Part shown: positions 1 to 7,718 of the stretch, one piece after another
How the letters are laid out: each line of letters starts with the position of its first letter
Numbering within the stretch: position 1 is the first letter of the stretch
Source: an uncultured Pseudomonadota bacterium
GTDB lineage: Bacteria > UBA10199 > GCA-002796325 > CAYWXY01
Assembly: GCA_964462555.1 (NCBI GenBank)
Contig: CAYWXY010000005.1
Span: 1 to 37,855 of the forward strand
Reading direction: 5' to 3'
Length of the DNA: 37,855 nt
Notes under the pieces: generated by a model
The model's input: only the letters and a program-made list of their open reading frames with translations
The model's database searches: none
What the model was told of the DNA's origin: nothing
Translations under genes and position numbers: made by a program

Positions 1-1
1 A

Positions 2-271
2 GATCAGGTGGTTGAGTTGGCGCTTGATGATATGAATCGACATTGTCCGAAGGTTAAAGATGCGACGCTTAAACATGCTCAAGTGATTAAGGAGCGACGG
101 GCAACGGTTTTAATATCGCCGTCGTTGGAAAATGAACGGCCTGACATTGTGACGCAGTGGCCGAACCTCTTTTTGGCGGGAGATTGGGTCGATACGGGTT
201 TGCCGGCAACGGTGGAAAGTGCCGTCAAGAGTGGTTTTCAGGCCGCTGATTGTGTGGCGAAGGGACGATGA
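2..271 (+). CDS. hpnE: 3' end of squalene/phytoene desaturase-family FAD oxidoreductase, HpnE-like (truncated by window start)
   Basis: Frame is open from the window edge. C-terminal motifs ERRAT and NLFLAGDWVDTGLPATVESAVKSG match the HpnE/amine-oxidase fold C-terminus. An hpnO homolog lies in the same window. Confidence 0.65.
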   Translation, partial: DQVVELALDDMNRHCPKVKDATLKHAQVIKERRATVLISPSLENERPDIVTQWPNLFLAGDWVDTGLPATVESAVKSGFQAADCVAKGR

Positions 272-310
272 AATAGTTCTAAAAGACGGTTTAGGTTGTC
301 TAAATAATAA

Positions 311-356
311 ACCGACACCCTAACCGTTTACCGATACGGGCATCGACACCGAAACC
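311..356. repeat. Half copy of hexamer-periodic palindromic repeat (core CGATGCTCGTATCG, reverse orientation)
   Basis: CCGATACGGGCATCG is the reverse complement, with 1 mismatch, of the core at 1281-1295. It is flanked by ACCGAN-like hexamers. Confidence 0.6.
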
Positions 357-382
357 ATATAACAAATGTCCAGAGGTGTATT

Positions 383-1249
383 ATGAAGAGATGTGCGATT
401 ATTTTAGTGGTCATGATAAGTATAACAAGTTGCAGTATGCGGCGAATGGCCACAACGATGACGGCGGGAATCGTGGGCGATGGTATGAAGGCGGTCGAAT
501 CAGAACAGGATCTCTGGATTGCCAAGCAGAGTATTATTCCATTGGTCAAGGTTCTCGAAGTATTGAATGAGGGGGATCCGGGTAATCCGGAGTTTTTGGG
601 GTTGATGGCCAAGGTTTATGGAAATGTTGCCTTCGGTTTCTTCGAGCCCAAATATTTGGCCGGAAAGGATAAAGAGGTTTGGCGCGGGCGTGTTGAGCGA
701 TTTTATCAAAAGGGTTATCAGGCGGGGACGGTTTCATTGGAAGATCGTTTTGGCAAGGGGGTTAGTGGTCCCGTTATGGATTTTGAATCGGCGATTTCCG
801 GTGCGAAAGAAAAGGATCTCTCTGTTCTTTTTTGGACGGCCTTTGACCTGGGGAACTGGGTCAATCTTTATCGCGGCGATGTGACAAAGGTGGCGTTACT
901 TCCGAAGGTAACGGCGATGGTCGATCGTGTGGTCGCCGTTGATCCGTCGTTTGGGTTTGGTTCGGCCAAGGCCTTTCAGGCGGCGATGTTGGCTTCTCGA
1001 CCGAAGATGCTTGGTGGAAATCCGGAGAAGGCGCGTGGCATCTTTGAAGAGGCGATTGCAATGACCGATGGAAAGTATTTGATGAGCAAGGTGATGTTTG
1101 CCGAGTGGTATGCGATTCCGATGAAGGATGCGGCACTCAAAAAACGATTGCTGACAGAGGTTATTGATGCTGACCCGATGGCGCTTCCCGAGCAGGTCCT
1201 TGCGAATAAGTTAGCTCAGGAACGAGCACGTCTGTTGTTAGGTCGATAA
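383..1249 (+). CDS. tatT: TRAP transporter TatT (TPAT T-component) TPR lipoprotein
   Basis: Lipoprotein signal (MKRCAIILVVMISITSC), helical TPR-like body, motifs LFWTA, PKMLGGNPEKAR and C-terminal LANKLAQERA typical of TatT. GAGG RBS. Confidence 0.8.
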   Translation: MKRCAIILVVMISITSCSMRRMATTMTAGIVGDGMKAVESEQDLWIAKQSIIPLVKVLEVLNEGDPGNPEFLGLMAKVYGNVAFGFFEPKYLAGKDKEVWRGRVERFYQKGYQAGTVSLEDRFGKGVSGPVMDFESAISGAKEKDLSVLFWTAFDLGNWVNLYRGDVTKVALLPKVTAMVDRVVAVDPSFGFGSAKAFQAAMLASRPKMLGGNPEKARGIFEEAIAMTDGKYLMSKVMFAEWYAIPMKDAALKKRLLTEVIDADPMALPEQVLANKLAQERARLLLGR

Positions 1250-1265
1250 TTTAATATTATACATT

Positions 1266-1371
1266 TGTCGGTTGGGGTGGCGATGCTCGTATCGGTAATC
1301 GGTTTGGGTATCGGCCTATTATTTACGCAACCCAAACCGACAGACGATACGAGCTTCGAAACCGATACCGA
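1266..1371. repeat. Full palindromic copy of hexamer-periodic repeat
   Basis: Arms CGATGCTCGTATCG (1281-1294) and CGATACGAGCTTCG (1345-1358). Shares TTACGCAACCCAAACCG with the copy at 34799-34890. Lies between convergent genes. Confidence 0.75.
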
Positions 1372-1387
1372 GATAGCATTGCAGTTG

Positions 1388-2773
1388 CTATTGATTTCTA
1401 AGAAACTCCACATCTACCCACTTCGGATATTGAGCCTCATAAATTTCATATGGGTATGTCAGGGGGACACCAACGGTGTGGATAAATGGAGTGTCTTTGA
1501 CAAACTCTTTGAGATAAAAGGTCAGGATCTTGACCTTATCCAAAAACCTCTGCTTTTCCTTCCACTTTTCGGGTTGATCGGGAAATTCGTCCTTAAGAAT
1601 CAAGATCTCTCCATAAAGCGTATCTTCCGCTATTATCTGCAGAATCATTCGTGCCAGAAGTGTGAGGGGGCGTCGCTTGAGAATGGATGAATAGATTCCA
1701 TAATTCCACTTGAGGTAGTCTCTGGCCTTCTGGAAGTCCTTTTCTTTTCGGGCAAGGGATGATGTGGTGGTGATTGCCTTGGAAAGGTCGAGGAGTTTCA
1801 TAAGGCCTGGAGCCAGGGGTTGCCACGACATCATCATGATGCGTGTTTGGGAGTCGATATCAGAACCAATTTCATCGTTATAGCGATCGAGTGTCATCTG
1901 GATATAATCTTTTTCCGGCATCGTTTTGTAGCGCGACCATTTGATCTTTTTGAGTCGTTCGATTATTTCCGGCTGTAACACGGATCGAGCCGCTTGGGCG
2001 ATATCAATCAACTCATAATAGGGCTCATTTCGGAGCTCCTTCATTAGTGCGTCTCTCTTTTTGAGATCCTCGGGTTCTTTTGACCATGTTAGGATCGAAA
2101 ATTTCCAGGCCATGAGATCGGGGTCATTCGGGTATTTTTCAAGTCCCTCTTCGATAATAGCTAGTTTATCCTTACTCTCCTTCTGTGTGATCGTATAGAT
2201 GGTGTAATCGACCGGTTTCTTTTCATATTTATTCTTGAACCAACTAGTGACAATCTCTTTGGTCTTTTCTGGGATATCGACATCGATATTTTTGTGATCC
2301 CCCTTGGGAAAATAGGCGGCGATCATCTTGTCGATAAATTGGTCGGCCATTTCTTTGTTGTTGGATTTATAGATCGAAAATTCCTCGTTCTTCTCCTTAA
2401 AGAGTTCGCGGTGGAAGTTGTGGACAACTTCAACAATGGGTCCGGGTTGTTCAGTACCGTAGCTTGCAAGTTTAAAGTAATACTCGGCGACTTTTGATTT
2501 TTTGAAACTCTTGGTGAGCTTTTCGAAGGCGGTTTTGGCGTTGGCGTACTCTTCTGTCCTTAGATAGAAGAGCCCCTCGAGATAGGGGAAGAATTTTGAA
2601 GGTTTTTTGATCGATTGGAGTTCGTCGAGCGTGAGCTCCTCTCCATAATTGATTCGTCCCTGTGCGAGTTCTCGTTCCTGAATGGAGACGCCACGGCTGC
2701 AGCTCAGAAGGGTTGTCAGCCCAAGGAAAAGAATTGTGACGATAGTGATTCGTTTAATTACTAGATGACTCAT
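1388..2773 (-). CDS. Hypothetical TPR-containing lipoprotein (~461 aa)
   Basis: Start reassigned to ATG at 2773, which has an AGGAGGAG RBS upstream. Hydrophobic leader ends LLSC. TPR-like segment YLEGLFYLRTEEYANAKTAFEKL. Confidence 0.7.
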   Translation of the reverse strand: MSHLVIKRITIVTILFLGLTTLLSCSRGVSIQERELAQGRINYGEELTLDELQSIKKPSKFFPYLEGLFYLRTEEYANAKTAFEKLTKSFKKSKVAEYYFKLASYGTEQPGPIVEVVHNFHRELFKEKNEEFSIYKSNNKEMADQFIDKMIAAYFPKGDHKNIDVDIPEKTKEIVTSWFKNKYEKKPVDYTIYTITQKESKDKLAIIEEGLEKYPNDPDLMAWKFSILTWSKEPEDLKKRDALMKELRNEPYYELIDIAQAARSVLQPEIIERLKKIKWSRYKTMPEKDYIQMTLDRYNDEIGSDIDSQTRIMMMSWQPLAPGLMKLLDLSKAITTTSSLARKEKDFQKARDYLKWNYGIYSSILKRRPLTLLARMILQIIAEDTLYGEILILKDEFPDQPEKWKEKQRFLDKVKILTFYLKEFVKDTPFIHTVGVPLTYPYEIYEAQYPKWVDVEFLRNQ

Positions 2774-2833
2774 AGAGCTCCTCCTTGTCGAGGCGCCCAT
2801 ACTACCATATCGCACACCGGGCGTGCGATAGAT

Positions 2834-4435
2834 TTATTTGATGAAATTGTGATTCTTTTCGACCCAGATTCCTTCCTTGAGGCCATGTCGAGTTACCTCG
2901 AGGTCGTGAAATACAAAATATTCAATGTCTCCACGGGAAAAATATTCTTTTAGTTCCTGAATAGAATGGATGGGGGTGTCATTGATTTTAAATAAAATGC
3001 TAGTCTTGCGTTTTTGGGAATAAATTCTGGTGTCTACATAGGTCAGTATGAGTCCGCCCGTTCCTTTTGGAAATCCGAAAGTCTCTTTGTAATCTGAAGA
3101 GGCCTCGATAACGGTCATGTCATAAGGGGTTTCATATGTTGGATATTGTTTAATTACCTTTGATTGAATTATAATGTTGATCGTCTGGATCTGACCATTT
3201 TTGTATATTGTAAACTCAATTGTTTCTCCAGGTGTTTTTTGAGATACATGATCATTAAGGTGGACGACTTTTTCAGCCGGTGGCACCATTTGTCCATCGT
3301 AAGAAAGAATGACTGAGCCGCGAGTAAGTTTACTTTTTTCCAAAATACTTCCTTTGAGCAGCATCGTGACAAACAGGCCATGTGTATACTTTTTGATACC
3401 CATGGCGCGTAATTCAGCCTTACCCAAGTGGGTCAAGGTGCCATTTACACCAATTACCAACGGAAGGTATCCGTGGACGGCTTCTCCTTTTTCCCTGATC
3501 TGACGATAACTATTCAAAACATATTCAATGGGTATGTTGAAATTTTCGGTAGCGGTGTCTCCGGAATTAACAATGGCAATAATTTTTCCACTTTGATCAA
3601 AGACGGGAGATCCACTGTTTCCGGGGAGTGCTGATGAGTCATCTTGAATCTTTCGTGTAAAGCCGGGCTCCTGGTATTTTTCCGTTGCATTGACAGTGCC
3701 CGCCGTTTGAGTGATGCCATCTCCGCTTTGGTTTCCAACAATCATGACTGGATCATTGGGATGGAGGGATTTGCTATCTTGAGCGACAACCAGCGGATTA
3801 AGGTTTTTGTCGGATATGAAACTGACAACACCGACATCATAATAATGATCAACACCCTGAACCTTTGCGGGGATATTAACGGTTTTTGTTCCTTCCTTTG
3901 TGGAAATTGAATACATGTCGTACTCTTCCTCTAGTATGTTGTCGATGACATGTGCGTTGGTAATACACCAATAACGGTAGGTTCCATTGCCCAAATCTTC
4001 TCTTTCAATGATCCATGTAGTTCCATTCGATTCATCCATTCCTCGAGGGCCGCTACCTAAAAGGGGGAAAATGCTGTCGAGATATGGTGCAACGATTTTG
4101 TTCCATCCGTTGTCTTGTTTTTCTTTCCCGATCTCGATTGTGATTTCCTTGGATTTCGTCTGTTGAATATTACCATCGAGCTTCCCGTCGGTCTGGTCGA
4201 GTTCGATGGCCTTCTGGTAGATGGAGCGAATGACTTGATATTCGTGTCTAAAGAGTGGACTCATCTTGAAGGTGGGCTGCTCTTTATATGCAAAGAGATC
4301 CTGTTGGGTCAGGACCGTGTCGATGCCGGATGTGGCAAAGGTCTCTTGATTAGTTACCTCTTGGTTGGCCACTTCGCGAAGGATCTGGTAATATTCCTTG
4401 ATCTTGTGACTCGATATTTTGATTGTCTCTGGCAT
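2834..4435 (-). CDS. HtrA/DegP-like S1C serine protease with PDZ domain(s), no signal peptide
   Basis: Catalytic motifs ITNAHVI (His), YDVGVV (Asp) and PGNSGSP (Ser), followed by a PDZ-like region (GYL...GLFV...GSVILSYDG). Start at ATG 4435 with GGGAGA RBS. Hydrophilic N-terminus. Confidence 0.85.
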   Translation of the reverse strand: MPETIKISSHKIKEYYQILREVANQEVTNQETFATSGIDTVLTQQDLFAYKEQPTFKMSPLFRHEYQVIRSIYQKAIELDQTDGKLDGNIQQTKSKEITIEIGKEKQDNGWNKIVAPYLDSIFPLLGSGPRGMDESNGTTWIIEREDLGNGTYRYWCITNAHVIDNILEEEYDMYSISTKEGTKTVNIPAKVQGVDHYYDVGVVSFISDKNLNPLVVAQDSKSLHPNDPVMIVGNQSGDGITQTAGTVNATEKYQEPGFTRKIQDDSSALPGNSGSPVFDQSGKIIAIVNSGDTATENFNIPIEYVLNSYRQIREKGEAVHGYLPLVIGVNGTLTHLGKAELRAMGIKKYTHGLFVTMLLKGSILEKSKLTRGSVILSYDGQMVPPAEKVVHLNDHVSQKTPGETIEFTIYKNGQIQTINIIIQSKVIKQYPTYETPYDMTVIEASSDYKETFGFPKGTGGLILTYVDTRIYSQKRKTSILFKINDTPIHSIQELKEYFSRGDIEYFVFHDLEVTRHGLKEGIWVEKNHNFIK

Positions 4436-4465
4436 CGGGTTCTCCCGTCTGCCCGCGCACACCTG

Positions 4466-4492
4466 TCTTCGGCGGCCAGCGATAAATGTTGC
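4466..4492 (-). promoter_or_regulatory. Putative alternative-sigma (sigma28-like) promoter GCAACATT-N-GCCGAAGA
   Basis: Minus strand reads GCAACATTTATCGCTGGCCGCCGAAGA, with the same spacing as copies at 13963, 16351 and 16418. About 30 nt upstream of the protease start. Confidence 0.55.
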
Positions 4493-4509
4493 GTGGAAAA
4501 TTAGAAAGA

Positions 4510-4522
4510 TAAGTTATTGATA
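4510..4522. promoter_or_regulatory. IHF-consensus site
   Basis: TAAGTTATTGATA is an exact reverse-complement match to WATCAANNNNTTR, in an AT-rich divergent promoter region. Confidence 0.45.
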
Positions 4523-4572
4523 TTGTTATGAGTTGGTACTATAAGTGGCCCTGAAATGGTGAAAAAGGGGGA

Positions 4573-5571
4573 ATGATGAGACGGACACTGTCCTTAATTG
4601 TTGCATTATTAATCGTTGTGGTTGGCTCGAATGCCTTTGCGGGGGCGATCAAGATGGCCCTTATCGCGCCGGAGGGGTCGACCTGGATTAATGTCATGAA
4701 GGAAATGAGCGCTGAGCTCAAGTCGAAGACTGGTGGTCGTTGGCAGCTTCAGCTCTATCCGGGTGGCGTGTCGGGTGATGAAAAGGTGGTCATCAAGAAG
4801 ATGAAGATCGGCCAGCTCGATGCGGCTGGTTTTACGGGTGTCGGTCTGGGTGAAATTTACCCGGCGGTTCGTGTTCTGGAACTTCCCTTTCTCTTCAATA
4901 ATTCGAAAGAGGTCGATTACGTCGTTGGTAAACTGCTCCCTGATCTGAAGTCTGGTTTTATAGGTAAGGGTTTTCAGTTTCTCGGTTGGGCAGAGTCGGG
5001 TTTCGTTCATATCTTTTCGAACAAGGCGATCAAAAAACTTGGCGATATGAAGGGTGTCAAGATGTGGATGTGGCAGGGGGATCCTCTGGCCGAGAAGATG
5101 TTCGAGACGTTCAAGATTGTTCCAGTGCCGTTGCCGGTTCCGGATGTCTTGATGGCGCTTCAAACCAAGATGATCGATGCTGTCTATGCTCCGCCGCTGG
5201 CCGCGATTGCGATGCAGTGGTTTTCCAAAACGCGTTATATGAGTGATGCTAAGATGGTGAATGCCATCGGTGCGATTTTGATCACGAATCGAGCCTACAA
5301 CAAGATGACGCCAGCCGATAAGACAGTGTTGAAACAGCTATCGGAAAAATATACGAAGAAGTTGGTCCAGTTAACACGGAAGGATAATGAAAAATCTCTA
5401 GAGACACTTAAGGCCGCGGGAATTCAATTTGTGCCGATGGATGCTGCCAATCTCAAGGTCATCGAGGAAAAGAGTAAGACGGTCTGGACGGCGATGGTTG
5501 GAAAGCTTTATCCCCAGGCGCTTCTAGGTAAGGTCGTGAAATATCTTGCCGAATATCGCGGGAAAAATTAA
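4573..5571 (+). CDS. dctP: TRAP transporter substrate-binding protein DctP (TatP type)
   Basis: Signal peptide ending AFA. Motifs IKMALIAPEGSTW, YPGGVSGDE, LELPFLF and ALQTKMIDA. First gene of a P-Q-M operon. Confidence 0.9.
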   Translation: MMRRTLSLIVALLIVVVGSNAFAGAIKMALIAPEGSTWINVMKEMSAELKSKTGGRWQLQLYPGGVSGDEKVVIKKMKIGQLDAAGFTGVGLGEIYPAVRVLELPFLFNNSKEVDYVVGKLLPDLKSGFIGKGFQFLGWAESGFVHIFSNKAIKKLGDMKGVKMWMWQGDPLAEKMFETFKIVPVPLPVPDVLMALQTKMIDAVYAPPLAAIAMQWFSKTRYMSDAKMVNAIGAILITNRAYNKMTPADKTVLKQLSEKYTKKLVQLTRKDNEKSLETLKAAGIQFVPMDAANLKVIEEKSKTVWTAMVGKLYPQALLGKVVKYLAEYRGKN

Positions 5572-5574
5572 CGC

Positions 5575-6066
5575 ATGAATCTGTTGCTCAGAATTGAAAA
5601 GGCGATTGTTCGATTGAATAAGGTGGTGATGGTGTTGTCGCTTGCCACCATGATCATCCTCGGTTTTCTCCAGATTATTCTTAGAAATTTTTTCGATAGT
5701 GGTTTTTCTTGGGCCGATATTGTGGTTCGCAGTCTCGTTCTTTGGGTCGGTTTTACGGGTGCTGTTATCGCAACATCGTCAGGCCATCATATTGCGATCG
5801 GCGCGCTTCTCCGGTTTTTGCCTGAAGGGTGGAAACGTCGTGTCCATGTCGTGATTTCTCTGATTGTTTCGGTCATTTGTATCTTTCTAACGATTGCATC
5901 GGTTAAGTTTATCGGTTTTGAGATTGAGAGTGGGGCGGTTCTCTTTGGTTCCGTGCCACTTTGGGTTTCGGAATTGATTATTCCGATGACATTTGCCTTC
6001 CTGGCGTATCAATTTTTTGTCCACGCATTTTTGGAGCCAAAGGGTCTTGAAGAGGAGGGTGCATGA
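5575..6066 (+). CDS. dctQ: TRAP transporter small permease DctQ
   Basis: Four TM helices. Motifs QIILRN, LVLWVGFTGA and GHHI. Overlaps the dctM start. Confidence 0.9.
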   Translation: MNLLLRIEKAIVRLNKVVMVLSLATMIILGFLQIILRNFFDSGFSWADIVVRSLVLWVGFTGAVIATSSGHHIAIGALLRFLPEGWKRRVHVVISLIVSVICIFLTIASVKFIGFEIESGAVLFGSVPLWVSELIIPMTFAFLAYQFFVHAFLEPKGLEEEGA

Positions 6067-7331
6067 CACTCCTCTGGGTTGTTGCCCTTATTGCGATTGC
6101 CCTTTTGGGTGCGCCGCTCTTTTCCGTTTTCGGCGCGATCGGTCTATTAGCCTTTCATGCAGCAGATATCGACATGGTCGCCGTCATTATTGAGATGCAA
6201 CGAATGGCAGAGGCGCCAACGCTTGCGGCGATACCGCTCTTTACGTTTGCAGGCTATCTCTTGGCAGAGTCGAAGGCCCCCGAGCGCTTTATCCAGCTCT
6301 ATCGTTCCTGTTTTGGTTGGGTCCCGGGCGGTCTTGCGATTGTGACATTGGTGGCTTGTGCGTTTTTCACGGCCTTTACCGGCGCATCGGGCGTGACGAT
6401 TGTTGCGCTGGGCGGACTCCTCTATCCACTGTTACTTAAGGAAAAATATCCGGAACGATTTTCGCTGGGGCTGGTGACCGCCGGCGGAAGTCTCGGCGTT
6501 TTGTTTCTTCCAAGCCTGCCACTCATCCTTTATGGTCTTGTGGCATCGGTCAGTATCGACAAACTCTTTCTTGCCGGAATTGTTCCCGGCCTCCTAATCG
6601 TTTTACTGCTGTCGCTTTATTCTGCCTATGTTGGCCGGCATACGCATGCCGAACGTGAACCCTTTGCCTGGTCGAATGTTTTTTCGTCGATTAAGGGGGC
6701 TATCTGGGAAATTCCGCTACCGCTGATTATCCTTGTCGGCATTTATGGCGGCTTTGTGACGGTAACCGAGGCGGCCGTGATTATGGTTGTCTATGTCTTG
6801 ATCGTTGAGGTTTTGATCACTAAGGATATTCCTTTTGGTAAAAATCTGATGAAAGTAGCCGTTGACTCGATGCAAGTGGTGGGCGGCATCTTGATTATCC
6901 TGGGTGTGGCGCTTGGCGTAACAAGTTATCTGATCGATCAACAGGTGCCGATGAAGCTCTTCGAGTTTGTTCGGCAGTTTGTCTCCAACAAATATCTTTT
7001 CTTGATGATCCTAAATGTCTTTCTCTTGGTTGTTGGTTGTCTCATGGATATTTTTTCGGCAACGATCGTTGTGGTGCCGCTCATTGTTCCGGTTGCAATG
7101 GAGTTTGGGATCAACCCGATTCACTTGGGCATCATTTTTCTGACGAATCTGGAGATCGGTTATTCAACGCCGCCGGTCGGTCTCAACCTCTTCATTTCGA
7201 GCTTCCGGTTTCGGAAGCCGATCACTACATTATATAGTGCATCGGTGCCATTTCTGATTATTCGCCTTATCGCCTTGATATTAATCACTTATTTACCATT
7301 CCTAAGCCTTGCCCTCGTCAACCTCTTCTAA
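6063..7331 (+). CDS. dctM: TRAP transporter large permease DctM
   Basis: Highly hydrophobic 422 aa protein. Motifs AIPLFTFAG, GSLGVLFLPS and EIGYSTPPVGLNLF. Confidence 0.93.
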   Translation: MTLLWVVALIAIALLGAPLFSVFGAIGLLAFHAADIDMVAVIIEMQRMAEAPTLAAIPLFTFAGYLLAESKAPERFIQLYRSCFGWVPGGLAIVTLVACAFFTAFTGASGVTIVALGGLLYPLLLKEKYPERFSLGLVTAGGSLGVLFLPSLPLILYGLVASVSIDKLFLAGIVPGLLIVLLLSLYSAYVGRHTHAEREPFAWSNVFSSIKGAIWEIPLPLIILVGIYGGFVTVTEAAVIMVVYVLIVEVLITKDIPFGKNLMKVAVDSMQVVGGILIILGVALGVTSYLIDQQVPMKLFEFVRQFVSNKYLFLMILNVFLLVVGCLMDIFSATIVVVPLIVPVAMEFGINPIHLGIIFLTNLEIGYSTPPVGLNLFISSFRFRKPITTLYSASVPFLIIRLIALILITYLPFLSLALVNLF

Positions 7332-7369
7332 GCACCGGGTGCTTAAGAGGGTACAAGCACCCGGTGCTT
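7330..7369. repeat. REP-like inverted pair of 15-nt palindromes
   Basis: AAGCACCGGGTGCTT (7330-7344) and AAGCACCCGGTGCTT (7355-7369) are exact reverse complements, and each is itself palindromic. Confidence 0.75.
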
Positions 7370-7378
7370 ACGACGGCT

Positions 7379-7391
7379 TAACATGTTGATA
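7379..7391. promoter_or_regulatory. IHF-consensus site
   Basis: TAACATGTTGATA matches YAANNNNTTGATW exactly. Confidence 0.45.
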
Positions 7392-7434
7392 TTATTTGCT
7401 TAATTAAAAAAGTGAAGAAAGTGTTTCCGGGGAC

Positions 7435-7463
7435 GCAACTTCAGGGTGCTAACCTACCGATAA
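7435..7463 (+). promoter_or_regulatory. Putative sigma28-like promoter GCAACTTC-N-ACCGATAA
   Basis: Same upstream box as the other copies. The downstream box is 1 mismatch from GCCGATAA. The spacer is 2 nt longer than in the other four copies. Confidence 0.5.
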
Positions 7464-7469
7464 TATAAA

Positions 7470-7552
7470 CAGAAATAGGCTCTCACTTACTAATGAGGGC
7501 TGACTTACCCCCTTCGGAAGGTCCGTTGCAATTGTGCGACGGACCTTTTTTT
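7470..7552 (+). ncRNA. Candidate small regulatory RNA (~80 nt)
   Basis: Promoter motif directly upstream, 7-bp hairpin GCTCTCA/TGAGGGC (7479-7500), unpaired C-rich linker, then a strong terminator. No ORF. The 5' end is estimated. Confidence 0.45.
7518..7552 (+). terminator. Rho-independent terminator
   Basis: 13-bp stem AAGGTCCGTTGCA/TGCGACGGACCTT (one G-U pair), ATTG loop, T-run on the + strand only. Confidence 0.85.
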
Positions 7553-7557
7553 ATCCT

Positions 7558-7607
7558 ACCTGGTAAAACCTGGTAAAACCTTACCTGGTAACTTGTTCAC
7601 CAGGTAA
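7558..7607. repeat. Cluster of ACCTGGTAA repeats
   Basis: Direct copies at 7558, 7568 and 7583, plus ACCAGGTAA at 7599 (reverse complement TTACCTGGT). Confidence 0.65.
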
Positions 7608-7718
7608 CAAAGCTTTAATTACAATTAGTTAGCAACTAACTGATATAAGCACCAGACTTTGAAAAGTCAGTGATTATTCCAGACTCGCAATGACTGTCTT
7701 GTTTGTCTCGTTCTGCAG

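Noticed and set aside
1265-1690. 141-aa + strand ORF with a hydrophobic N-terminus
   Set aside because: The N-terminus is translated palindromic repeat, and the rest is antisense to the 1388-2773 lipoprotein gene.
7558-7607. Possible CRISPR or iteron array
   Set aside because: Units are only 9 nt with 1-7 nt gaps. There are no spacers and no cas or rep gene.
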